Positions 50,486-61,496 of a DNA stretch of 64,000 nt are shown here, in pieces. Below the pieces are notes generated by a model. It saw only the letters and a program-made list of their open reading frames with translations. It made no database searches and was not told where the DNA came from. Both the position numbers and the translations under genes were made by a program. Numbering within the stretch: the stretch's first letter is position 1; every line of letters begins with the position of its first letter. The DNA is from Gammaproteobacteria bacterium (GTDB lineage: Bacteria > Pseudomonadota > Gammaproteobacteria > SURF-13), in contig QZKM01000006.1 of the NCBI GenBank assembly GCA_003599485.1, positions 2,922 through 66,921 on the forward strand, in the 5' to 3' direction.

Positions 50486-50552
50486 CTAGTGGCGAGTAGC
50501 CAAGAAAAGAATTGATACCTCGCCACTGGCCACCCGCAACTCGCTACTGCCT
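50473..50552. repeat. tandem 14-bp duplication TAGTGGCGAGTAGC x2 spanning the thiG stop codon, followed by inverted partial copies (large dyad)
   Basis: The 14-mers at 50473-50486 and 50487-50500 are identical. Inverted partial copies lie at 50519-50532 (cctcgccactggcc) and 50537-50552 (gcaactcgctactgcc). It shares its motif with 49186-49204. Confidence 0.4.
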
Positions 50553-50554
50553 TT

Positions 50555-51217
50555 ATGCGCCCCATCCGCAGTTACGTGTTGCGCCAGGGGCGCATGACGC
50601 GCGCTCAGCAGCATGCGCTTGATACACTATGGCGGCGCTATGGGGTAGGGTTTCAGGATGCTCCGTTTGATTTCGATGCGCTGTTTGGCCGCCGCGCGCC
50701 GCGTGTGCTGGAAATAGGCTTCGGCGCGGGCGATGCGCTGCTCGCCGAGGCGGGCGCGCATCCGGAAAACGACTATCTCGGCGTCGAGGTGCACCGCCCC
50801 GGCGTGGGGAACTTGCTGCGGCGTCTCGACGCGCAAGGCCTGGTCAACGTGCGCGTCATCTGCCGCGACGCGGTGGAGGTCTTGCAGCGCTCGATCCCCG
50901 ACGCGAGCCTGAGCGCAGTGTACGTATTTTTCCCCGACCCCTGGCCCAAACGCCGCCATCACAAGCGCCGCCTGGTGCAGCCGTCTTTTGCTGATCTCGT
51001 TGCCCGGAAGCTCACGCCGGGCGGGCGGCTCCATCTCGCCACGGATGACGAAGACTACGCGCGACAGGGTATGCACGTGCTAACCCGCTGTTCAAAGTTA
51101 AAAAATATTCATGGTCCGGGAGTGTTTGGCGGCGCCTTGCTGCGCGCGCCCAGCCGCTTCGAGCAGCGCGCCCTGAGGGAGGAGCGGCCGGTATGGGATA
51201 TGGTATTTGAGGGGTAG
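50555..51217 (+). CDS. trmB: tRNA (guanine46-N7)-methyltransferase TrmB
   Basis: SAM-binding motif (LEIGFGAGD) and a DPWPKRRHHKRR block. Confidence 0.9.
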   Translation: MRPIRSYVLRQGRMTRAQQHALDTLWRRYGVGFQDAPFDFDALFGRRAPRVLEIGFGAGDALLAEAGAHPENDYLGVEVHRPGVGNLLRRLDAQGLVNVRVICRDAVEVLQRSIPDASLSAVYVFFPDPWPKRRHHKRRLVQPSFADLVARKLTPGGRLHLATDDEDYARQGMHVLTRCSKLKNIHGPGVFGGALLRAPSRFEQRALREERPVWDMVFEG

Positions 51218-51326
51218 GATATTTGTCAGTTTATTATATTTACAACAATAACTTACTATGATAAGTTGGAGTGAAGCCTGACGAGGTTTGGCTTTAAGGG
51301 TTGTAAAATAAAGGCAAAAACAAGCA

Positions 51327-52316
51327 ATGGCCGGCGCCATGAAAAATGTACTGTTAAAATTGTTCCATAAACCTGCGCACAGCGAAGGGGTGGCCGGTAT
51401 CGCCCTTGCACCCGGCGGCGTCAGCCTGGCGCGCATTGTGCGAACCGAAGGCGGGCGGCCGCGTGTCACGCTGTGCGTGCATCACGCGCTGCCGGACGAG
51501 CGCGGTGAGTCATTCGCCGCGCTGGTCAGGCAGCATGGGCTGGCCGATGCCCGATGTGTTGAGTTGCTGGAAGTGAACAGCTACCAGTTGCTGCTGGTGG
51601 AAGCGCCCAACGTTACCCCCGCGGAGCTCAAGGCTGCGGTGCGCTGGCGCATCAAGGACCTCATCAACTTTCATATTGACGACGCGGTGATTGATGTATT
51701 CGACATTCCCGCGCAGAATCTTTCCGGTCAGAGCAGGATGATGTATGTGGTGGTGACGCGCGCCGCCCTGGTGCAGGAGCATATCGCGCTGGTCAAAAAC
51801 GCCGGCCTGGATTTGGCGGTGATAGATATTCCGGAGATGGCGCTGCGCAACATCACCGCGCTGTTTCCCGAAGACAGCGCGGGCGTGGTGCTGGTGCATC
51901 TGACGCCGCAGGGCGGGCATATCATCCTGACGCGCGCGGGCACGCTGTATCTGGCGCGCAAAATCGAGCTCAATTTCGCCCGGCTGTTCAGCGGGCTGGA
52001 GGCGGCGCGCCCGGACGAGGCGCTGCCCGACGACGTGCAACGCCTGCTGGACAACATCGTGCTGGAAGTGCAGCGCTCCCTGGATTACTGCGAGAGCCAC
52101 TATTCTCAGCCGTCCATTACCCACCTGCTGTTTGCCCCCCTGGAGCGGGAGCTGCCCGGCGCGGTGAACCACGTCGCCAACAGCCTGGGTTTAAAAGTCA
52201 GACAGATAGACTTGAACGAGGTGCTGCAGTGTGAGGCGCCGCTCAGCCGGACACTGCAAGCGCAGTGCCTGCTCGCCGTGGGCGCGGCGCTGCGCGATGC
52301 CGCCTCGCTGCAATGA
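51327..52316 (+). CDS. mshI: MSHA biogenesis protein MshI, N-terminal PilM-like (actin-like ATPase fold) part
   Basis: First gene of an MSHA-type cluster (I-J-K-L-M-N-E-G-F...pilins). PilM-like fold. Start possibly at MKNVL (51339). Confidence 0.6.
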   Translation: MAGAMKNVLLKLFHKPAHSEGVAGIALAPGGVSLARIVRTEGGRPRVTLCVHHALPDERGESFAALVRQHGLADARCVELLEVNSYQLLLVEAPNVTPAELKAAVRWRIKDLINFHIDDAVIDVFDIPAQNLSGQSRMMYVVVTRAALVQEHIALVKNAGLDLAVIDIPEMALRNITALFPEDSAGVVLVHLTPQGGHIILTRAGTLYLARKIELNFARLFSGLEAARPDEALPDDVQRLLDNIVLEVQRSLDYCESHYSQPSITHLLFAPLERELPGAVNHVANSLGLKVRQIDLNEVLQCEAPLSRTLQAQCLLAVGAALRDAASLQ

Positions 52317-52323
52317 GACCGGC

Positions 52324-52962
52324 ATGATAGGCCAGCAGATCAATCTGTATCTCCCCATCTTCCGCGGCGAGCGGCAACCGTTTTCCGCGCAGACCCTGTT
52401 GTATGCCCTGGCGGGCGTAGCGGTCGTGCTGATGCTTTACTACGGTTATGCCTTGTGGAGTCTGGGGCCGGTGAAGAAAGAGCTGGCGAGCGCGCAGCAG
52501 CGGCACGGCATGGCGCTTAAACGCCTGGAGGAACTGGGTCAGCAGGCGCAGGCCAATCAGAAAGACGCGGCTCTTGAACAGGAGGTAGCGCGGCTCGATG
52601 CCGAGCGCGGCGCGAAACAGCAGGCGCTCGCCAATATTACCGGCGGCGGTTTGGGCAACACCAGGGGATTTTCGGCCCAGATTGAAGGGTTGGCGCGGCA
52701 GCGCGTGGAAGGAGTGTGGCTGACCAATATCGTCATCAGCCAGGGCGGCGCCGACTTTGCGCTGAACGGCGGCGCCCTGGCTCCTGAACTGGTGCCGGTG
52801 CTGTTGCAGGCGCTTGGAAAAGAACCGGTGTTCAAAGGCATGGAGTTCAAGACCCTGTTGCTGGAGCGCTCCGAACAGCAGCCGGCCTGGATTAATTTCA
52901 CCTTGCGCACCGGCAACACGGCGTCCGCCGGGCAAGCTGCGCTCACCGCAGGCGCCGGATGA
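52324..52962 (+). CDS. MshI C-terminal / PilN-like bitopic assembly protein
   Basis: MIGQQINLYLPIF resembles the PilN INLLP motif, followed by a single TM helix and a periplasmic coiled coil. It is a separate ORF in another frame, 7 nt after the upstream stop. Confidence 0.5.
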   Translation: MIGQQINLYLPIFRGERQPFSAQTLLYALAGVAVVLMLYYGYALWSLGPVKKELASAQQRHGMALKRLEELGQQAQANQKDAALEQEVARLDAERGAKQQALANITGGGLGNTRGFSAQIEGLARQRVEGVWLTNIVISQGGADFALNGGALAPELVPVLLQALGKEPVFKGMEFKTLLLERSEQQPAWINFTLRTGNTASAGQAALTAGAG

Positions 52963-53606
52963 AGGAGAAGCTGCGGCAACTGCTGGCGCGCGTAGATGCG
53001 TTCGCGTTGCGCGAGCGCATCCTGCTGTTCGTGACGCTGGGGGTTGTCCTGGTTATTGTCTGGAACGGTGTTCTGCTCGGCCCGGTCAACGTGGAAAAGA
53101 AACGCATCACGGCCGAGCTTTCCGGCTTGAAGCAACAAATCGTCACCGCCGAACAGCAAATACAGGACGCCACCGCCGGAATTGTGGTGGACGTAAACAA
53201 GGAAAACCGCGAACGCGCGGCCACGCTCAGGCAGGAGTTGGCCGATCTCGACCGGCGCATCGGTCAGCTCGCGTTGGGGGGTGAGGAGCTGACCAAGGTG
53301 CTGGCGGAGATGCTGACCAAAGAGCCGGAACTCAAGCTGATTCGGATCAGAAACCTGGAGCGCGTGCCGCTGGAGGTTTCCATCGCGCCGCAGGCGGGTG
53401 GCGCGGGCAGGCTGTACAGGCACGGGCTGGTGATAGAGATGGAGGGCGGCTATTTCAGCGCGCTGCGCTACCTGAAGGCCCTGGAGGGGTTGCCCTGGCA
53501 GTTGTCGTGGAGCAGTTTCAATTACAAGGTGAACGCGTACCCGCTCGCGCATATCACCCTTACCCTCTACACCCTGGGGCTGACGGAGGGCGCGGTGGGT
53601 GTGTGA
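52959..53606 (+). CDS. mshJ: MSHA biogenesis protein MshJ (PilO-like)
   Basis: N-terminal TM helix and coiled coil at the PilO position. Overlaps the upstream gene by 4 nt. Confidence 0.55.
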   Translation: MKEKLRQLLARVDAFALRERILLFVTLGVVLVIVWNGVLLGPVNVEKKRITAELSGLKQQIVTAEQQIQDATAGIVVDVNKENRERAATLRQELADLDRRIGQLALGGEELTKVLAEMLTKEPELKLIRIRNLERVPLEVSIAPQAGGAGRLYRHGLVIEMEGGYFSALRYLKALEGLPWQLSWSSFNYKVNAYPLAHITLTLYTLGLTEGAVGV

Positions 53607-54024
53607 AATACAGAGAAAAGGGGAAAGGGCAAAGGGCAAAGGGAACAGAATTAGGATTTTTCCCTTTGTCCTTTCCCCTTTTCTCTTTGCCCTGTTCTCG
53701 GTTCAAGCCGGATTGCCACAGGTGGAAGGAGAGCTTTCCGATCCCACCAGGCCCCCGGACTATCGGGCGGCCGCCGCCGGGATCGCCGATGCCGTGGCCG
53801 CGCCGCAGTGGGTGCTGAAATCCATACTGATTTCACCCGGCCGGCGCAGCGCTGTTTTGAATGGACGCGCAATCAAAAAGGGCGAACAATTGGACAACCA
53901 GGTGACGGTGCTGGACATCCTGCCCGGCTCGGTATTATTGAAAGGCGCGGAGGGCGAATTTTCTGTGAATTTATTACCCACAACGGTCAAGATGCCGGTC
54001 AATTCCGGGAGCCCGGTCCAATGA
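53599..54024 (+). CDS. mshK: MSHA biogenesis protein MshK (PilP-like lipoprotein/periplasmic)
   Basis: The GTG start overlaps the mshJ end. Lys/Arg-rich n-region then hydrophobic FVLSPFLFALFSVQAG. Overlaps mshL as caATGa. The start assignment is uncertain (ATT/CTG alternatives). Confidence 0.45.
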   Translation: MCEIQRKGERAKGKGNRIRIFPFVLSPFLFALFSVQAGLPQVEGELSDPTRPPDYRAAAAGIADAVAAPQWVLKSILISPGRRSAVLNGRAIKKGEQLDNQVTVLDILPGSVLLKGAEGEFSVNLLPTTVKMPVNSGSPVQ

Positions 54025-55745
54025 CGGACGTTACCATCTCGCGGGTGTGGCGGAGATTGGCGCCGGCGCTGATAATGGCCATCGCGCTGGCGGGCTGCAC
54101 CGCGCCGCCGCAAAATGACAGCGCCGCGCGAAACATTGAAAAAACCCTGGAACACGCCGCGCGCGAGTCCGAGGCGCAGGCGCGCGCCAAGGATCAACCG
54201 CCACGCGAGGTGCTGGACGCCCTGTTGCCGCCGCTCGACGCCGGCAGCCTGCGCGGCCCGGCGGCCGAACCGGTGTTCGATATCGCGGTGAACAATCTCA
54301 ACGCCCAGGAATTTTTCCTCAGCCTGGTGGAAGGGACTCCCTATAATGTCGTGGTGCATCCCGAGGTGACCGGCGCAATCTCGCTCAACCTGAAGGGAAT
54401 GACCATCCCGCGCGTCATGGAGAGCGTGCGCGACGTGTACGGCTATGACTTCCAGCGCACTGGCGCCACCTTCCGCATATTGCCCGCCACGCTACAGACG
54501 CGCCTGTTCAAGGTGGATTATCTGCGCGTGAACCGCACCGGCCAGTCCCAGACGCGCATCAGCTCCGGACAGCTTTCGCAGCAGGTGGGCAGCACCAGCG
54601 GCACGACCACCGGCACGACCACCGGCACAACAGGCAGCGCCACGGGCGTCACCTCGAATGAGGTGAAGACCGAGTCCAAATCAGACTTCTGGACTGAACT
54701 GGAGGCCTCGCTTACGGCGTTGGTGGGTTCGGGGGAGGGCAGAAGCGTGGTGGTGAGCCAGCAGTCGGGCGTGGTGGTGGTGCGCGCCCTGCCCAGCGAA
54801 CTGCGCAATGTGGAACTGTTTCTTAACTCCACGCAAACCTCCATCGAACGCCAGGTGATACTGGAGGCCAAGATTCTGGAAGTGGAATTGAGCGATGGTT
54901 TCCAGTCCGGCATCAACTGGACCGCGTTGGTCGAGCCCGGCAACAATAAAAGCATCACCGTTGGCCAGACAGGCGTCAGAACCAGCGCCACCGGAGCGGT
55001 AAGCGGCGTTCTGGCCGCCACCGGCGTTGCCGCCGGGGGGGCGTTCTCGGCCGCCAACGGAGTATTCTCGCTGGCCTTGGCGCTCAATGACTTCAATGTC
55101 TTTATTGATTTGCTGAAGCAACAGGGCAATGTGCACGTGTTGTCCAGTCCGCGCGTCTCCACGGTCAATAATCAGAAGGCGCTCATCAAGGTGGGCTCGG
55201 ATGAGTTTTTCGTCACCAGCGCCACGGCCACCACCACCACCACCACCGGCACGACGACGACCACGCCCAGCGTCACACTCACGCCCTTCTTTTCCGGCAT
55301 CGCACTGGAAGTGATTCCGCAGATCAACGAGGCCGGCGAGGTTATTTTGTACATCCATCCGTCCGTAAGCGAGGTGCGGGATCAACAAAAGTCCATTACT
55401 TTCGGCGGCGTCACTCAAACCCTGCCGCTCGCCTTGAGCAATGTGCGCGAATCCGACAGCATTGTGCGCGCCGCCAACAATCAAGTGGTGGTGATCGGCG
55501 GCCTGATGCAGGATAGCTCGCGCAACGACAGGGCCAGTGTGCCGGGCGCGGACGGGCCGGTGCTGGGCAAGCTGCTGGGCCACAAACGCGGCTCCTCGCG
55601 CAAGAGCGAGCTGGTGATTCTGCTGCGCCCCACCGTGGTCGAGAGTGATTACCAATGGGCGGAGTCGCTGCGCACTACCGCCGACTCCTTCAAGAGCATC
55701 AAGCGGGCCGCCCCGGAAAGCGCCCGCGCTGATGAAATCCGCTGA
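54021..55745 (+). CDS. mshL: MSHA secretin MshL (GspD/PilQ secretin family lipoprotein)
   Basis: Lipobox LAGC. C-terminal secretin domain (VVVIGGLMQD...ELVILLRPTVV). Thr/Gly-rich linkers (TSGTTTGTTTGTTGSATG; TATTTTTTGTTTTTPS). Confidence 0.8.
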   Translation: MTDVTISRVWRRLAPALIMAIALAGCTAPPQNDSAARNIEKTLEHAARESEAQARAKDQPPREVLDALLPPLDAGSLRGPAAEPVFDIAVNNLNAQEFFLSLVEGTPYNVVVHPEVTGAISLNLKGMTIPRVMESVRDVYGYDFQRTGATFRILPATLQTRLFKVDYLRVNRTGQSQTRISSGQLSQQVGSTSGTTTGTTTGTTGSATGVTSNEVKTESKSDFWTELEASLTALVGSGEGRSVVVSQQSGVVVVRALPSELRNVELFLNSTQTSIERQVILEAKILEVELSDGFQSGINWTALVEPGNNKSITVGQTGVRTSATGAVSGVLAATGVAAGGAFSAANGVFSLALALNDFNVFIDLLKQQGNVHVLSSPRVSTVNNQKALIKVGSDEFFVTSATATTTTTTGTTTTTPSVTLTPFFSGIALEVIPQINEAGEVILYIHPSVSEVRDQQKSITFGGVTQTLPLALSNVRESDSIVRAANNQVVVIGGLMQDSSRNDRASVPGADGPVLGKLLGHKRGSSRKSELVILLRPTVVESDYQWAESLRTTADSFKSIKRAAPESARADEIR

Positions 55746-55768
55746 GAACAGAATGAGAGGACACCGTC

Positions 55769-56698
55769 ATGTACCTTGAACACTTCGGTTTGCGTGAGAC
55801 GCCCTTCACCCTCACGCCGGATACCAGTTTTTTCTACGCCTATGATTCGCACGTGGCCACGCTCAACACCCTGCTGGTGGCGCTGCGCAGCGGAGACGGG
55901 TTTATCATGGTGACGGGCGAGGTGGGCACCGGCAAGACCTTGCTGTGCCGCAAGCTGCTTTCTTCACTGCGCAACGAGGAATTCGTCACCGCCTATATCT
56001 ACAACCCTTATCTGGAGCCGATGACCTTGCTGTACGCCGTGGCGGACGAATTGCGCGTCCAATACAAGGATAAGCTGAATCAACACCAGTTGTTGAAAGT
56101 TATCACCAAGGCGCTGATTGATTTCTACGCCGCGGGCAAGCGCGTGGCGCTGTGTCTGGACGAGGTGCAGGCGATGCCGGTGGAAACGCTGGAAACGCTG
56201 CGCCTGCTCACCAACCTGGAAACGGAAAAGCGCAAATTGCTGCAAGTGGTGTTGTTTGGCCAGCCTGAATTGCACCAGGTGCTGGACCAGCCGTCGGTCA
56301 GGCAGCTCAAACAACGCATCGTGTTTTCCCACAGCCTGTTGCCTCTGGACAGGGACGGCACGGAAGGCTACGTGATGCACCGCTTGACCGTCGCGGGCTA
56401 TAACGGCAAGCGGCTGTTTACCGGCGATGCGCTGCGCGATTTATATCGGGCGAGCGGCGGCATCCCGCGCCTGGTGAATGTCATCTGCCATAAGGCGCTG
56501 ATGGCCGCCTACGGCCAGGGTAAGCGCAGCGTCGAGCGTCGGCACATGCGCCTGGCGGTGCAGGACACGCTCGGCGGCGACGTGGTCCCGCCCGCCGCCT
56601 CGCACCGCTGGGCCTATTCGCTGCTCGGCGCCGGAGGTCTGCTGCTGCTCGCCGCCGGCGGTTACTATTACTACGGAGCCAACTTGTTCCCGGCATGA
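55769..56698 (+). CDS. mshM: MSHA biogenesis protein MshM (ExeA-like AAA ATPase)
   Basis: Walker A GEVGTGKT and Walker B LCLDEVQ; ExeA/MshM family. Confidence 0.8.
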   Translation: MYLEHFGLRETPFTLTPDTSFFYAYDSHVATLNTLLVALRSGDGFIMVTGEVGTGKTLLCRKLLSSLRNEEFVTAYIYNPYLEPMTLLYAVADELRVQYKDKLNQHQLLKVITKALIDFYAAGKRVALCLDEVQAMPVETLETLRLLTNLETEKRKLLQVVLFGQPELHQVLDQPSVRQLKQRIVFSHSLLPLDRDGTEGYVMHRLTVAGYNGKRLFTGDALRDLYRASGGIPRLVNVICHKALMAAYGQGKRSVERRHMRLAVQDTLGGDVVPPAASHRWAYSLLGAGGLLLLAAGGYYYYGANLFPA

Positions 56699-57902
56699 GT
56701 CTGATTAATCAAGTGCTGCGTGACCTGGAGAGCGGACGCCCTCGGGGCCCGGCGGCCAATGCGCTGGGTGATTTACGCCCGGCCCAGTCACCGTCCCCGT
56801 CTTCCATGCTGCGGCAAGTCAACTGGCGGCGGCTCGCGGCGATAGTGTCCGGGTTCGCCCTGCTGCTCGGAGGCTATCTCTGGTATGCGCGCATGAACCC
56901 GGCGCCGCCGCCGCTGACCTTCAGCGTGGCGCCCGCGGTAACACCCGCCGTTGCGCCGCAGACCGGCGGAGGCGGGACCCCGGAAGCGCCGCCGGCGCAA
57001 ACCGGGGTGGCGGCAAGCGTTGCTACTCAGGGCGCGCAAGCGCCGTCCATGGATACCCCGCCCCCCGTCCCGGAGGCGGTCACGTCCGAGGTTCCTGTTT
57101 CTGCGCCCGGCGCCGCGCCGCCGGTGGAGGCGCTCCCCCCGCAGCAGGATGCCGGGCAGCAGGATGCCGGTAAAAAGACCGATGCGGATGTTGCCGCGCA
57201 GACGGCGGGCAATGAACAGGCGCAACGCGCACCCACGCCGCCCGCTGCCCAGCCGCCCGCACGCGTGCAGGACAGCACCCCGGCCGGCCGCCCGCCGCGT
57301 ATCAAAAAGCCCAGCGTCCAGGGACCCTCCCAGTTGGCTGAGCGCAACTATCAAGAGGCCGTCGAGGCGCTGCAAAACGGCAAAGTTGCGGACGCCCGGC
57401 AAAGACTGCGTGAGGCCCTGGCGCAACAGCCGCGCCATCACCAAAGCCGCGAGCTGCTGGCCGAGATTTATCTGCGCGGCGGCCAGACCGGTGAGGCGGA
57501 AAGCCTGCTCGCGGCGGGCGCGGCGCTGGATCCGGGCCATACCCTGTTCAGCAAACTGCACGCGCGCCTGTTGGCGCAGCGCGGCGATATTTCCGGCGCG
57601 CTGCGGGTTTTAGAGCGGTATCCGGCGGACGCCGCCGGCGACCCCGAACACCACGCCCTGCTCGGCGCGCTTTATCAGCGCGCCGGGAATCACGCGCAGG
57701 CAATTTCCGCTTACCGGGCCGCGCTGCGCCTGCAATCGAACCAGGGCCAGTGGTGGATGGGGCTCGCCATTTCCCTGGAGGCGGAGCAAAATCCAGGCGA
57801 GGCGCTGAGCGCCTACCGGCGCGCGCAGAGCTCCGGCGCCCTCACCGGGGCCGCGCTGGACTTCGTGCAACGCAAGATCACGCGCCTGGAGGCGTCCGCG
57901 TC

Positions 57903-57906
<4 letters not shown>
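56695..57906 (+). CDS. mshN: MSHA biogenesis protein MshN (TPR repeats, Pro/Ala-rich linker)
   Basis: TM anchor, a ~130-aa Pro/Ala-rich low-complexity segment, then C-terminal TPR repeats. Confidence 0.6.
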
Positions 57907-59678
<1,772 letters not shown>

Positions 59679-59731
59679 TATCTCGTAACGTCTGAAATTT
59701 CCAGATCAGAAAAGATGATTATTCTTTCGCC

Positions 59732-59974
59732 GTGAAAGGATACAAGTTCACACCGTATTTCGAAAATGAGGTATTACGTAAACGTCCTTATCTGAGCAAA
59801 GAGTGGTGTATTCGAGTTCTTGAAAGCCCTATTAAGGTTGAAACTCAGGAGGGTAACCGCTTCCGTTTTTGGGGCACAATTGCCGAACTAAATGGTAAGA
59901 TATTACGAGTCATTACCCTGGAAGATAAGGTTACCATCCATAACGCCTTTCCGGACAGAGGGTTTAAACCATGA
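59732..59974 (+). CDS. DUF4258-family toxin-like protein
   Basis: 80 aa within a sharply AT-rich segment (~59690-60200). Paired with a DUF2283 gene by a 4-nt overlap. Confidence 0.6.
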   Translation: MKGYKFTPYFENEVLRKRPYLSKEWCIRVLESPIKVETQEGNRFRFWGTIAELNGKILRVITLEDKVTIHNAFPDRGFKP

Positions 59975-60189
59975 GACTTAAATACTATCCTGAAACTGAT
60001 TCGCTCTATATTGATCTTTCAGAAAAGCCCAGCACCGAGAGCAAGGAGATTTCTGAGGGGGTGGTGCTGGATTATGATGACAGCGGGAATCTGGTGGGTA
60101 TTGATATTGACAATGCCAGTAAAAAGATAGAACTCAAAGAATTGACATTAAGTCATCTCCCCTCCATTGTCCACACAGTCGCTGCTTGA
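59971..60189 (+). CDS. DUF2283-family antitoxin-like protein
   Basis: 72 aa. Y-x-PE-D-LYI-L...G-LVGIDI pattern typical of DUF2283. Start overlaps the DUF4258 stop (ATGA). Confidence 0.6.
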   Translation: MRLKYYPETDSLYIDLSEKPSTESKEISEGVVLDYDDSGNLVGIDIDNASKKIELKELTLSHLPSIVHTVAA

Positions 60190-60266
60190 TACTACGTTTG
60201 AAGGAGATTGGAGGGAGGCGGGGTTTTTCTTGATCCCATAAACCTCGTCCCGCGAGCGAACCCGTC

Positions 60267-61496
60267 ATGCCGCTGTTCAACTACCAAGGCCGCAGTGCGC
60301 GCGGAGAGCTCATCAAGGGCTCCGTGGACGGGATGAGCGCCGACGCGGTCGCCAGCCAGTTGTTCAACAGCGGCATCACCCCGATAGACATCGTCGAGGC
60401 GCGGCCGGAGACGGACGTGCTGGTATTGCTGAAGCGCCATCTTGCTCAAGGCAAGGCGGAGTTGTCGGATCTGATTCTGTTCAGTCACCAGATGTACACC
60501 CTTACCAAGGCCGGCGTGCCCATTACCCAGGCGCTCGCCGGTCTCGCCGAGTCCACGCGCAAGCACGACTTCAAGGAGGTGCTCAAGGACGTCGCGGACA
60601 GCCTGCAAAGCGGACGCGATCTGGCGAGCTCGCTCAACCGCCACCCGCGGGTCTTCAACCGCTTGATTGTGAGCATCGTCCAGGTGGGCGAGAGCAGCGG
60701 CAACCTGGATCAGGCGTTTGTGCAACTTTCAAAATATCTGGAAACGGAAAAAGATACGCGCGACCGCATCAAGTCGGCGCTGCGCTACCCCGTCATCGTG
60801 ATGATTGCGATTGCCGTGGCCGTGGCCATCATCAATATTTTCGTGATCCCGGCCTTCGCCAAGCTCTTCGCCAGCTTCAAGGCCGAACTGCCGTGGGCCA
60901 CCAAGCTGCTCATCGGTACGTCGGATTTTTTTGTCGCCTACGGACCTTATATACTGGCCGCGCTGCTGATCGGTGGCATCGGCCTGCGCGCATGGATCAA
61001 GACCGACGAGGGGCGTTATGCCTGGGACCGCTTCAAGCTGAGAATACCCCTGCTCGGCGACATCCTCAACCGCGCCACTCTGGCGCGCTTCGCGCGCTCC
61101 TTCGCCATGGCGCAGCGCGCCGGCGTGCCGCTGGTGCAGGGGCTCACGGTGGTGGCCAACGCGGTGGACAACCGCTACATCGGCGACCACATCCTGGCCA
61201 TGCGCAACGGCATCGAGCGCGGCGAGAGCATGACCCGCACCGCCGCCCTCTCCGGCATGTTCACCCCCATGGTGTTGCAGATGATGGGCGTGGGCGAGGA
61301 AACCGGCGCGCTGGACGACATGATGCAGCAGGTGGCGGAGTTCTACGAGCGCGAGGTGGACTACGACATCAAGAACCTGAGCGCCAACATAGAACCGGTC
61401 CTGATCGTGGCCATCGGCATCATGGTGTTGATTCTGGCGCTGGGCGTATTCCTGCCCATGTGGGACCTGGCCCAGGCCGCGCGCCGCGGGGGATAA
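60267..61496 (+). CDS. mshG: MSHA biogenesis inner-membrane platform protein MshG (GspF family)
   Basis: 409 aa with two GspF repeats and three TM helices. Confidence 0.85.
   Translation: MPLFNYQGRSARGELIKGSVDGMSADAVASQLFNSGITPIDIVEARPETDVLVLLKRHLAQGKAELSDLILFSHQMYTLTKAGVPITQALAGLAESTRKHDFKEVLKDVADSLQSGRDLASSLNRHPRVFNRLIVSIVQVGESSGNLDQAFVQLSKYLETEKDTRDRIKSALRYPVIVMIAIAVAVAIINIFVIPAFAKLFASFKAELPWATKLLIGTSDFFVAYGPYILAALLIGGIGLRAWIKTDEGRYAWDRFKLRIPLLGDILNRATLARFARSFAMAQRAGVPLVQGLTVVANAVDNRYIGDHILAMRNGIERGESMTRTAALSGMFTPMVLQMMGVGEETGALDDMMQQVAEFYEREVDYDIKNLSANIEPVLIVAIGIMVLILALGVFLPMWDLAQAARRGG

Noticed and set aside
53613-53700. CRISPR-like short GA-rich repeats (gggcaaaggg x3)
   Set aside because: The units are 7-10 nt tandem purine repeats forming one inverted repeat. 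There are no spacer-repeat periodicity and no cas genes.
54600-55300. Thr/Gly-rich repeats in mshL as separate repeat features
   Set aside because: They are low-complexity linkers within the secretin ORF (coding), not DNA-level repeats.
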